From NCBI RefSeq assembly GCF_000143415.4, contig NW_003314346.1, forward strand, positions 650,936 to 714,935: a stretch of 64,000 nucleotides of DNA. The letters are read 5' to 3'. The number at the start of each line of letters is the position of its first letter. The first letter of the stretch is position 1. Below, in pieces: positions 1-12,644 of the stretch. A model generated the notes under the pieces. The model made no database searches and was not told the origin of the DNA. It saw nothing but the letters and a program-made list of their open reading frames with translations. The DNA is from Selaginella moellendorffii (lineage: Eukaryota > Plantae > Lycopodiophyta). The translations under genes and the position numbers were made by a program.

Positions 1-258
1 ATCATTTTTCTGATCATACTACACTATTGCGAGTGTTGCTAAAGTCATCAATGTCATCTTTTATTTGAATTGTGGACTATGAGCGGGCATTTATGGATCT
101 CAAAGAGCTATTAATGACTCATTTGGTTTTGGTATATCTTGATTACACTTGACCTTTCATTTTACATATAGATGCTTCTAATATTAGTCTTAGAGGTATG
201 TTGATGCAAAAGAGCCCGAGTGTGCTTGGTTAATGCTATCCCATTACATATATTAGCT
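1..258 (+). pseudogene. Old Ty3/gypsy RT-connection/RNase H remnant (left half, split by the 264-9208 insertion)
   Basis: Translates as ...DASNISLRGMLMQK...CYPITYIS and is homologous to 25060-25245. The reading resumes after the insertion at 9214. Confidence 0.8.
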
Positions 259-263
259 GTACA

Positions 264-688
264 TGGAAAAGGGAGAAAAAGACAAGCTCGAAGATTCAAG
301 CTTAGGAAAGTAAACTTGAGAGGTTCAAGGTTAGGACTGTATTCCTAACCTTGATGTGAGCAATAGCAACTATAAAAGTAAGACTTAGAATGTTTTTAGA
401 CTTATCCCTAATACAAAATACATTGCAATACATTGTCATTTTGCCTATCTCTTTGGCTCTTCATAGCAATGGCAATGTCTTACTTACCCACCACCTTCAA
501 GGGATCAAAGGCGTGGGTCTAGCACCTTCAAGCACTTGTTCACAGTCTCAACTTGGCTTGGCACAAGTAGGTAAGTGCATTCTTCTTGTCGTGTAGTTTT
601 AGATTTAGGGACTAGATTAGATTTGAAACTCCTAGGAAGATCTCGTGTGGATGTTTTCCTCCCAGTTTATAGATTCCAGGAGTTTTCA
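264..688 (+). repeat. 5' LTR
   Basis: TGGAAAA...TTTTCA. About 17 mismatches to the 3' LTR by eye (~4%), mostly transitions. TATAAAA at ~371. Confidence 0.97.
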
Positions 689-689
689 C

Positions 690-706
690 TGGCGACCACG
701 GTGGGA
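690..706 (+). promoter_or_regulatory. Primer-binding site, tRNA-Arg type
   Basis: TGGCGACCACGGTGGGA, 1 nt after the LTR, matches the complement of a plant tRNA-Arg(UCG) 3' end plus CCA as recalled. Confidence 0.8.
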
Positions 707-773
707 TAGAGCAGATCAAGACGATCATTTCCCCCAAAACTTCAAGGAAAACGGACCAAAGACGCACAAGAAA

Positions 774-2376
774 ATGGCATAGGAAGAAAAAAGCCCCAAA
801 AATCAAGAAAAACAAGACCGTAAAACAAAAACGGTGGAAGAGCATGAAGGAATGAAGAAAAAAAAAATGGAGCGTAAGACCAAAAGATGAAGAACATTTG
901 AAGATTGAAGCCACCCAAGTCGTGGAAAACTTGGAGCGTATGCGTAACTGTTTTTGGCGAGAGGTTGAAGAAAGCGAATATTCCAAGAATTTGCAATAAG
1001 GAAACGACCAAGGGAAAATTCTAGTGGCTGGAGATGGAGGAAGAATGAAAAAGCACGACTGCCCATTTGGAGACACAAGCTGTACAAGATACGAGGACTG
1101 CCTTTTGTGTGGTTTCAGAAATTGTGCAAAACCGTACAAGTAATGCTATCCAAAATGGCGATGTGACACTTGCAAGCAAACAAAAGCTAGACTCCGAAAC
1201 AAGGATGAAAATGCCACAGCTGAGGAGAGAAGGAAACGAGAAGAAATAGCCCAAGAAAACGACACTAAAAAGAGAGACGATAGTTTAGAACAAGCAGCGA
1301 AACAAAGCTTTAGTTGCTTACAAAAACTTCAAGAAACGATTCTGCGACTCTTCTATAAATTGTCTAGCAAATAGGAAGAATGCAAAAATGAGGAAATGTT
1401 GAAAGAAAAATATGTTTACTTCGATTTCTTTGCAACTCGAAGAACCCTGACTTGGGTGTATCGCGGACACCTCTTTCAACAAACAATTGTCGAATTCCTA
1501 GGCATACACAAACATGAAACTTTTCAACTATTAACGTTTGCTTTCAACACTGATTGGACGAGAGTCATAGTAGCAACAGAGTGTGGAACCTTTGAACCAC
1601 AAGTTCGTTGGTTTGTGGACACTTTTAGATTTAGAGATTTCGAAGAGAACGCGGAATTACTTTACTGACTTCTTCAAAGTCCTCTTCGTGTAACTCTACC
1701 AACAAGCACTCTTATCGAACTATATACTATAGCATATTGGCACCATTTAGGATGGACGAGAATAGCTGGAGAATTAAGAAATCAAGGACAAGGCCATCAA
1801 CAGAATCAAATTTGGAATTCAAGATTAAGAAACCGACGGGAACCTGAACTTGAGTCAAGTTCAAGGGAACGACTTGGAAACTCGAGGATAACAAGTCGAA
1901 GGAGGAGAAATTTAAGATAGAATCACAATAGGCCAAGATTAAATATAGTAACAAACTTCAACTTTGACACTGAGGTCCAACGTCGAAACCCCAGCCTAGA
2001 GCTACATATCACTTGCAACCAACAAGGAAGAGTGTGTCCAAGCAGTCTCAACATTTTAAGGAGTATTTTAGGAGATCCTGCGTCAAGGATTCAAACTTAT
2101 AATGCAAGAGTATTAATTGAGACTATCCCTTGGGAAGTTCGTGAAGCGATCGACTCTGATCTTGAAAGAGAACATGCTATATGACAGAGGGAAGTAGAAC
2201 ACCATCGGCAAGAACAGCATCAGGGAAATGCACCATCACAAAATCGACCATAGAGAAAATTGCGCTGGATAAATCCGCGCACACATAGGCTTAAAGCAAC
2301 AAGAATCTATTGGAAACTATACTGTGATGTGTGGACGTCATTAGAGACTAGAAGCGTACAAGAATTAGGACATTAA
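774..2376 (+). pseudogene. Extra ORF upstream of gag (~530 codons, twin C4 cysteine motif, unknown function), disrupted
   Basis: One frame (that of ORF 1396-1668) reads continuously from ~870 to 2376 apart from isolated TAA/TAG/TGA codons, each one transition from CAA/CAG/CGA. One frameshift lies in the poly-A at ~860. Confidence 0.7.
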
Positions 2377-2953
2377 AAATACAACCACTGCTATATTCAG
2401 CATTTTCAAATACTACCAACGACTGGGAAACACAAACGCTCATAGTGAGAGCTCACATTCCAGTACGACCAACATATTGTAAGAGACCAAAACAATTGTT
2501 CAATAATTTAGAAAAGATTGGACTCCTAAAGAAAGAATTGCAAAGGTTTGCATACCTGCTCGATCCCGAAGTTGGCAAGTAGTGACCAAATTTACTAGCG
2601 AATAGCTATATCGATCAACTTATGACACAACTGACCTCCTTCCACAAACAAAATCGTACTTACATACACCACCAGATTTTTCAAATACAAGACCTTTTCT
2701 AAGCTAGACACAGGAAAGTGACCTCGAGAAGAAACTCGGGAAGAATCAAGAAAGAAAAACTCGATTGAAGACTTAAGACACAAGAGCTTGACTTCGTATT
2801 TATACAACAAAACTAAACTTGCAGAAGACTCAAGACGTAAGAGCTTGACTTTGCAATCTATGAAGAACAACATTTGACTCAAGACAACTTAGGCAACACA
2901 TAAATTCAAGAAACTTACCTCAACATTCAAGTTGAGAAGACTCAGCAAATTGA

Positions 2954-4780
2954 ATGTACAAACACAAACCAGACCCAATCAAGATCCGGGAAAGAAATCT
3001 TCGACAAAAGAATCGAGAAGTGAAAAAGGAAGGGATAGAAAAAGAGAAATTAGAACAACAATAGTAACAAATTTTAGAAACAATATTAGAGAAGTACGAC
3101 AAGGAGGATAAAGAGATTCAAGTTGCCGAGTCGAGCAACCCAGTTAAAGATAACAAAGAACTGAATATCGAAGACGCCCTGGAGTTTGAGGCATTTGAAG
3201 AAGCAGAATACATAGCACCAAAGTTTTACTCAAATCTAGACTCACCAGAACAACAATTTTACCAACAAAGTCTACAACTTCAAATGGCAATCATCAACCC
3301 AGCAATAGCCATAGGGAACATGATTTCCTATCCCATTTTTACTGGTGGAAAACTAAAGATGCGAACTAGCATCTTAAACAATTTAATCAAATTGTAAAGA
3401 TGAACAAACAGGAAGTGCATCAAGAAATACTTTTCCCATACACACTTAAAGGAAAAGCACTCGATTGGCATAATACACTCGATGATGTTTTGACCCATGA
3501 TGAAAAGGTCACACAATTCAAGGAGCAATTCCAGACCGGTGGAACTCCAAAAGAACACTATGAGATCATCAAAAACTTCAAGCAAAAATCACGTGAAGGA
3601 ATTCAAGATTACACTCGACGATTTAAGTTTCATGCAAAGCACTGCAAGGATTTGATAACATATAAAGGAAAGAGCTTATCCTATATCCAAGGACTCAAAG
3701 AAATCTATAGAAACATGGTAGCAATTGCTGTTGCAACAGAGAATCCAGATGATGAAAGTGTTGATACACTCTCCAAAGAAATCCTCACATTGGAAAAGTG
3801 ATTCAAGCAATTCACAAAAGCTATACCTTCACAAACCGATGATGGTTCAGATGATGAAGAAGAGGAAGAAATACGCATTAAGACAAAGATGAAAACACCT
3901 AAAGACCAAGACTTGAAGGATATAATCAGGAAAATCTCACAAACCGAACTCAAAGCAGGAGTGTGGTGTACAAAGTGTAAAAAATCAGGGACATACATAT
4001 TCAGAATGCAAATTACAGCTTCCAAAGTGTCAAATTTGTGAAAGAGAAGGCCATACAGCCAAGAAATGCCGATACAGGAATACAATGGAAGTTTCAAGAA
4101 TCGAGAATGTTCCTCAACAAGAGCCCAATCCTCAATATCAAGGAAACTGGAATCAAAACGTGCGACCACCACGAAATCAACCTCCAAGATATAACAATTA
4201 TTATCAACGTGATGATAATTTGTACAATCAAAGACAAAACTATTACCAACGAGACAATAGCAACTACAATAGAATACCCCCTCAAGATCAAAGACCAAAC
4301 AACTATACTGGAAATTATGGAAGAAACTACAATACATATCAGCAACGTGATGGACCTCAGGACAACTATCAACGTCCTCCCCCACGAAATTACAATTATG
4401 ATCAAGAACCATATCGGAATTATAATCAAAGACCACCCCAGGCTCAAGGTTACAATTACAACCAGCAACCTGCACCTAATCGTCCTCGACAACCTTACCA
4501 AAATGCAAATCACGAAAATAACCAAGGAGTAAACAATCAGGCTCCGAGGCCAAGACCACCAACAGCACGGAATGTTGAGGTGGAAATTGACGAACCACAA
4601 ACTTTTGAAGAACCAGCAATACGAACTATCACGAGACAACAATACAAGTATCAGCAACTAGATAATCTGGAAGATCAAGATTACAATTATGAAGTTGAAG
4701 TTATCCTAGAAACCGAATGGAAGAAAAGCAAGAAAATACTTCAAGCAATTCAGACTGAATTGCAAGAACACGAACCATAG
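2954..4780 (+). pseudogene. gag: gag (retrotransposon gag domain, two CCHC knuckles, Q/N/Y/P/R-rich tail), disrupted
   Basis: LFPYTLKGKALDWHNTL...KQKSREGIQDYTRRF. CTKCKKSGH..C and CQICEREGHTAKKC at ~3965-4070. Contains stops and frameshifts. Confidence 0.9.
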
Positions 4781-4799
4781 GTCATTAAAGACCATGACA

Positions 4800-7700
4800 A
4801 ACCATCCAACGATCAACAAACAACAAGATTCTCTGAAGAAGAGCACACCTCACTTGCAGAACAAATACTGCAATACGGAATCACATTAACCTTACAACAA
4901 ATACTTCAAATAGCACCATATCTTAAGAGCCAAATACTTAAGATTTGTTGTCCACAAATTCCTGATGCTCGCACTCAAGAAAAGCAATTTCCATCTAAAT
5001 CTAAGAAAGAGGATAACGTAAAAATCCAACCTGGAGATTACGATGATAATGTACCTTGTATTGACCTCAACATAGGCAAGAATCAAATCAATGGAGCAAT
5101 ACTCGATGGAGGCTTGGGTGTGAATATAATCAAGCATGGTATATGTAAAGCAATGGGACTTGGACCCATACAACTTGCTCCCTTCAATGTCCGCATGGTA
5201 GACCAACATGTTGTAAGACCAGCTGGCATAATAAGAGATATCACCATTGGACTCAAAGGACACAAGTTCAAGATCAACTTCGTGGTATTAAAAATGCCAA
5301 TTGAAGAATCCTCTTACGAACCCTTGCTTGGAAGACCATGGCTAAACAAAGCAGTTTATGCTCAATATTGGATGGACCATGAAATTTGTATACAATTAGA
5401 CAAAGGACAAATGAAAATAGCTACAACTACAACCAGGAAAATTCTAAAAAGATTTCAACCAATTCAAGCCCAAGAATACAATTGCCAAGAAGGCTTGGAT
5501 GACCTTGAAGAAGCCAAACTCCTTGAAGCTTACCCAGAGTTACGAGCTTTTCAAGAAATCGATTTACACCATGTACTACCAGTAGTGGCTCAAGACCAGC
5601 ACCACAACTTAAACTCAATGGACCAACCACTCTACTCTACAAAGCTACACGCTCAAAGTCAACAAAGATTAAAGATAAAACAACAAAACGAGAAGCCAAC
5701 TCTCAAGCCTGAACAATTACAATCTAAAGAATACAACATTCAGATTGATGATAAACCAGCCCTACAATCTGGAAATGACAACTTTACACCCCGAATTAAC
5801 CTCAATGAAGAAACTGAAGAACTCAATCTTGGACTTCAAGAAGATCCACACAACATACTCATCGCTGCAAATCTTGACAAAAACTTCAAGATAAAAGCTC
5901 AACAATTACTCATAACCTACAAGGACGTTTTCGCATGGTCATACAAAGATCTCAAGGGAATACCCCCGGAACTATGTACACATCACATAGAGTTACTACC
6001 AGGAACACGACCAATTAAGCAAACAGTTTATCGCATGAATCCAAACTTCGCTGATAAAGTCAAAATAGAACTCAACAAACTACAAAATGCTGGATTCATT
6101 TACCCCATCAAGAATGCACAATGGTTGTCACCATTGGTTATCGTCCCGAAAAAGAACGGCAAATTGCGCATTGGTGTCAATTACAAAAAGTTGAACGATG
6201 TGACGGAAAAAAACTCTTTTCCTATACCATTCTCAGACGAGATACTCGACGCAGTTGCAGGACATGAGATGTACTCGTTCTTGGACGGATTTTCAGGATA
6301 TAATCAAGTTCACATAGCGCCAGAAGATCAATACAAGACTGCCTTCATAAGTCCATGGGGCACATATGCATACTTTAGAATGCCATTCAGATTAACAAAT
6401 GCACCATTTACTTTTCAAAGGATAATTACCGACACATTTCAGGAATACTTGACTGATTTTATGCGCGTCTTCATGGATGACTTCAGCGTTTTTGGAGCAA
6501 AAGAAAAACACCTTGAACACTTAGAAAAGTGTTTCATTAAATGTCGACAAAACCAAGTTGCACTTAATCCAGAAAAGTATATTTTCTTTGTCAAATCAGG
6601 AATACTCCTTGGCCATGTCGTTTGTAAAGATGGAATTCTCATTGACAAAGCAAAAATAGAGGTCATCATCAAAATGACTCCACCCATGGATTTAACAAGT
6701 TTGAGAAGATTTCTCGGAAAAATGGGTTACCATAGATGTTTTATTCAAGACTATGCAACAATTGCTAAACCACTCACCGAGTTACTTAAGAAATCTCAAG
6801 TTTACGCATGGACACAAGATTGCCAATTGGCCTTTGACACACTTAAGGATAAGCTTACAAAAGCCCCCATACTGGTTCAACCAGATTGGATACAAGAATT
6901 CATTGTACAAGTAGATGCATCTGATTATGCACTTGGAGCTATACTTTGCCAGAGAAAAACGGATAATAGAGACCATCCCATATACTACGCAAGCCGCAGA
7001 CTCTCCCCACCAGAGATGAACTATACAACCACGGAAAAAGAGGCATTAGGAATGGTCTATACACTCACCAAATTTCGACATTACCTCCTTTCAAACAAAG
7101 TCAAGATCATGGTTGATCACCAAGCACTCTTACACTTACTCAACAAGACAATACTCACTAGAAGAATTGCGCAATGGTTTCTTCTACTTCAAGAATTCAA
7201 CTTTGAGATTATTCACAAGCCAGGCAAACAACATACGCAAGCTGATCATCTTAGTTGACTTATCACGGGAGAACAAGTCACGAAATCCAGTGATGACTTA
7301 CCTGATTCACACCTTTTTAAGGTCACAACTCAAGGAATGCTCCAGGATATTTACAAATTCTTGACAACAACCAAGATCCCAAATCACTACTTCACAAACG
7401 ATCAAAGGAAACAATTCGTCTTGAGGACACGATGATATTCAGTCGTGGGAGGCAAACTATATAAGCTTGGACATGACAACATCTTGAGAAGATGCATAGA
7501 ATCACAAGAAGAGATTAAGGATCTACTCAATGAAGCTCATATAGGAAGATCGGGAGGTCATTTTGCCGAAGAAATTACGGCTAGGAAAGTGTTACAAGTT
7601 GGATTATGGTGGCCGACACTCTGGAAAGATGCCACTCAGCGTTGTCAAGAATGTGATATATGTCAAAGAACAAAGTTTCCACCGAGGAAACAAACTCAGG

Positions 7701-8600
7701 AACTCAATCCAACAACAGCATTGGAACCCTTCCAGCGTTGGGGACTTGATTTTTTTGGACCTATAGCAAAAAGTAGCAAAGGAAATCAATACATTTTGGT
7801 CACTACCGACTATATGACAAAATGGGCAGAAGCTCTCCTACTAAAGAAAGCCATAACGAAAAATACAGCCAAGTTTCTCTATGAAACAATTATAACACAA
7901 TATGGATTACCGTGAGAAATTGTTACAGATCGAGGAACACATTTTCTGAATGAGACAATCGACATTCTCGTTAAAGAATTTATCATCAACCATAAGAAGT
8001 CAACACCATATTACCCCCAGGGTAATGGACAAGCAGAATCAACAAACAAAACACTTAAAAACATACTCAAGAAAATAGTCAAGACAAACCTTAAGGATTG
8101 GGATGAAAGAATTTATGATGCTCTTTGGGCATACAGAACAACCTACAAAGTTTTAACAAATTCTACACCTTTCAAGCTTGCTTATGGCCTTGAAGCGTTA
8201 ACACCACTAGAGTACACAGTACCATCCTTGAGAATGGCCATTGAACTTGAATTAATCAAGAAGAATCGATCAAGAAAAGACTCGCGATGCTTGAGAAACT
8301 CGATGAAGAAAGACTAAGTGCAATATGGACAATCGAAGCAATACAAGCTAGAAGAAAAGCTTATCACAATCGCAAACAAGTCAAGAAAAACAAAGTGCAT
8401 TACAAAGTAGGAGATCTTGTATTATGGTATCGTGGCAATGTGGATAAACTTGGAGGAAACTCGTTCATCAATGGGAAGGACCATTCAAGATTACAAGTAT
8501 ACAAATCCCAGGAACAGCAAAACTTGCAACTTTAGATGATGAAAAATTGCAAGTCGTTAATTTGAAAAAAATTGAAGATTTACAAGCAACCACAAGTGCT
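4800..8600 (+). pseudogene. pol: pol: aspartic protease, RT, RNase H, integrase (disrupted)
   Basis: ILDGG (protease), FLDGFSGYNQ and FMDD (RT), DASDYALGAIL...NYTTTEKEAL (RH), H..GHF..CQECDICQ and WGLDF (INT). Several in-frame stops. Confidence 0.97.
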
Positions 8601-8783
8601 TCACACTATGGTGGAATACCAGAAATTTCAAAAGAAAATGTTCAAAGAAATCAACGAAAACACATTCGAATGCATGCAAACACTTAGAGAAAATTTGCCG
8701 CGAGATCAATGAGGGAACGGCTACCCACGATGCAGCGATGGAGCAGTGACTGCGGGACGCAGCACAAGGCAGTCGTGGGAGAG

Positions 8784-9208
8784 TGGAAAAGGGAGAAAAA
8801 GACAAGCTCAAGGATTCAAGCTTAGGAAAGTAAACTTGAAAGGTTCAAGGTTAGGACTGTATTCCTAACCTTGATGTGAGCAGTAGCGACTATAAAAGTA
8901 GGACTTAGAATGTTTTTAGACTTATCCCTAATACAAAATACATTGTAATACATCGTCATTTTGCCTATCTCTTTGGCTCTTCATAGCAATGGCAATGTCT
9001 TACTTACCTACTGCCTTCAAGGGATCAAAGGCATGGGTCTAGCACCTTCAAGCACTTGTTCACAGTCTCAACTTGGCTTGGCACAAGCAGGTAAGTGCAT
9101 TCTTCTTGTAGTGTAGTTTTAGATTTAGGGACTAGATTAGATTTGAAACTCTTAGGAAGATCTCGTGTGGATGTTTTCCTCCCAGTTTAGAGATTCCATG
9201 AGTTTTCA
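8784..9208 (+). repeat. 3' LTR
   Basis: Direct repeat of 264-688, preceded by the purine tract GTGGGAGAG and followed by TSD GTACA. Confidence 0.97.
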
Positions 9209-9213
9209 GTACA

Positions 9214-9300
9214 TTACAATTAGCAAAGGTAAATTACTCCATGACATAGGAGTGTTTAGTAATAGTTTAAGGTTTTGAGAAACTTCATGTATATCGATAA
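9214..9300 (+). pseudogene. Old gypsy RNase H remnant (right half)
   Basis: LQLAKVNYSMT*ECLVIV*GFEKLHVY, a degenerate NYSTTEKECLAIVW motif continuing 1-258. Confidence 0.75.
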
Positions 9301-12300
9301 ATATGAAAAGCCCCATTAAACAAGCATTTAGACTTGGATGTCTCCAACAATATGGGTTCCTTAGTTGCCCAAGAGGAAGAAAAAAATGCTATGCTTCTTG
9401 GTATTAAGATTTACGAGCCAGCTCTAGGGGGCTGTGTACCTAATGCTATCCTCTAGACCACAATCAAATCGGCCATAGAGAAGAGCCACACAATCCGCCA
9501 GAGTGGTCAAGGGCTAGTGGTGCCATTCCCGGGGGATCCAAACGCTAATGTTTCAAGGTCTCCCCTGAGAAATTCCTCTCTACTCTTTATATACTCAAAA
9601 CCATAGCGGAATCCTGAACCATGGCAGGTGGGAAAGGGTGGAATGCCACAGTGAAAATTGACACGATGGCCAGAGAATTCAAGCTCTCTATCTCATCCAG
9701 CCGCTTGGCCTGCTTGCAAAACGTGAACTAACTCGGCCAAGTCCTACTTAGTGATGGCAATTGCAAGCTCCCAGATGCAAACAATCCTCAAATGCAGCCG
9801 CAAGCCAACACTGCCATCACGCAGCCGGCATCACGACTGTCCAATGCTCGTTCGCGCCTATTTTCTTTCGACCCAACACAAGGTGGAACTTGACACCATG
9901 GACCAGAGTCACGTTTAAGCGCATCCTTGATCCAGCTCGATCCATCTCGCAAAAGTAAATGGATCCTGGCACTTTTAAAGAAGAATAAAAACGCAGGCAA
10001 AGATTGCAATCTTGAGGAGAGATTGGAAATCGTTCACAGTACATATAACCACAGGAATGGATGCTTGACGAAAAGGCGCTTTACATCTGTGTGAACTACT
10101 TGGAGAAGCCAGGGTGGCAAGACTATCCTTCCTCGCATTTTTGCAACAAGGGCCACGGGTGGGTGTTTGGCAGGATTGGCATCGCAGACAGGGATGCTCA
10201 GGAGAGGATGTTTCCTTCTCTACTTTCCTTCGTCCGTGTGGCATTGTGAGGAAGTTTTCTTTCACTCTTCTATTTTTCTTTACTGACAGTGGAAGTTTCA
10301 TCAGGTTTTTTATTGCTTATGCCTGCCTTCTGAGCTGAGAGATTTGAAAAATAGGCGGTCCGTCGAATCAAGATTACAGTCTAATCAAGGAAGAGCAGTC
10401 AGGGGAGAATCTCGAGATTCTCAACTTCCGGGCCGCATCTCCCTCGCCTCCGCTGCCTTTGCCGCTTGTGCATCCCATGTTTGGAACCATTCTGGACATC
10501 GTAAGGCTTGGTCTTGCATGCCATGCACTACAGTTCCACTTGTTTATGACATGGTATTGGAGCCTTCAGGGCTACAGATGAAACGATGGTCACTGGTGAG
10601 GATGAGGATGATGAGCCACCTGAGAGTGAGGGCTGAGTGTTGTGGTACTGTGCTGGATGTTGGTGTTCGCTCTTGGAGAGCAAGAGTGAGACAAGAGAGA
10701 GACTAGGGAGAGGTGTGTAAGAGAAGTGTGAACTCTAATACAACAAATCTACCAATAGATGGCCACGTCATTGGGGCAGCTGAGCTTTCATTTCAGTCTC
10801 CTTAGAAGTTAATGAAGAATTAACAAGCTATATCATCTTGCAGAGCTTATGCTGCAGCCATTACTACTATATCAACAATGTAAAAGTCATAGCATACGAA
10901 TAACCATAAATGGTCCTATCTCAAAGTGTTCTACCTAGTTACAAATATAGTATCTCTATGATGTCCACAAGCCTTTACACCTAGTTCTCTTTAGCATCAA
11001 ATAAATCTTGTAAACTCCCAGACTGGGGCGCAAATACCCATGAGCAAGTCTCAAACATCAATGACAAAGCATATTTTACAAATGTCTGCACTGATGCTTG
11101 TTACTGTTGATACAAATACCCAGAAAGCATATGATTGAACATACCCCATCTAAGCAAATGCCGCAACAGTGAGCATATTAGCTTTTTCCCCCGTGGCCTC
11201 CAATTAACGAAGTATCTTGATAATCTGGATAAGTAGGCCCAAGTTGTGCCGCACCATGAAAAGCTCAAGTCCTAACGCAAGCACAGTGCTCAGTAGATGC
11301 CCAAAGTAGGTAATTGCTGCAACAGAGTACAAACCTCTTTTATTCTTATCCTCGAAGCTTCTGACTGTCTCTAGGTGGAGAAATGTGGATGAGCAGGCTG
11401 GCATCACATGACTATGTGCCGCTTTAGCAAATACTGGTGATTTTTCCTACATTTGGTCCAAGTTACTCCAGGAGTGCACTGAGCATCATCACACACCCCA
11501 ACTGGCTGAAAACTACCATTTGCCAAAAGAAAGAGTGCATCAAGCACTAAGCCTCTCATCTTCCTCTCAATCAGGAGGCAAAAATCATGAAAGAGTAGAT
11601 GAGAGATATCACTTGACTGTCTTGACAGTGGAAACAAGATCCCAGAGCCCAAGAGAAGAAGGAGGCCTCAAAAGTGAAAGACCTCAGCAGTTGCCCCAGA
11701 AAGGCATCTCCTAAAACCATACAGATTGTAGAGATTTGGCTCATAAGAGAAGCTCTAGGCCTCTACCAGAGTAACACTGGGATGCCTTTAAGATGAACAT
11801 GGAGCATCACTGGCTGACAAACGGGTGCTAGATCTTCTGCTCGCAGCAAATGCTTAAGAAAGCCATATGCTGTGGACTGTGGAGCTCGTCTCACTCAAGT
11901 GCCAAAGCATCATAACACCTCATCTTTGTACATCCGCTGCCTCTTGCTGCCCCAAGCATTCTTTGCTGAAGTGTCCTCACAAACTGAGGTCGGGCTAATA
12001 CATGCCTGCATTGGCAACAGCGGGAAAGAAGCTTCTTCGGTGGGAAAATGCCCTCTCAATGCCCAAATGATGCATAGAAGCCATAAAACACTTCTGCATG
12101 GGCATAGGAAGAAGGTGGAGGTACAGCATTCTGTCAAAGCCAAGTATGTGGCCTGTGGACTCCTCAGTCTATCGTCAAGAACAACCACAAGAAAATTGAA
12201 ACAAGAACCTGAAATGGTGTTTGGAAGACATCTGGAACGTCTGAAAAACATTCCATATAAGCAGCCTGAACAACATGAGCCATATTCCACTTTCACTCCT

Positions 12301-12644
12301 TTCCAGCTGCCTCAGGTATACAAGTGCCAGCAAGCACCATGCCCAGGATCAAGAGGGCATGGATACCATGAATACCTGAAAGCTGAGAGATGTGTGCACA
12401 CGCTAGGAGGAAAGACTTATATATGACTGTATATGAATGGTACATATACATGGAATTACTGCCATGTGAGCATAATTACATCCACACCATCTCTACTATC
12501 TAACATCAAATGCCAGGTCCTCTACACTGCATTGTTGCCCATCGTAGCCATAAATCACTCCACTTTGTTTAAAGGCCTTCCGGTAATCGTCACCTCCAAA
12601 AACAGAGTTGAATGCCAAGTATCTGGAAGACAATATGTACCATG

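Larger units (their letters stand above)
264..9208 (+). mobile_element. Full-length Ty3/gypsy LTR retrotransposon, non-chromovirus, decayed
   Basis: Two 425-bp TG...CA LTRs (264-688, 8784-9208), TSD GTACA (259-263, 9209-9213), PBS at 690, purine tract before the 3' LTR, domain order gag-PR-RT-RH-INT, and no chromodomain. Confidence 0.97.

Noticed and set aside
3705-4657. Long antisense ORFs over gag (256 and 187 aa)
   Set aside because: Shadow ORFs of the A/C-rich low-complexity gag strand.
9817-10044. Cupin-like minus-strand ORF
   Set aside because: Only a superficial resemblance, interrupted by stops, with no complete motif.
11872-12426. 184-aa plus-strand ORF
   Set aside because: Non-ATG start, no recognisable domain, and no supporting gene structure.
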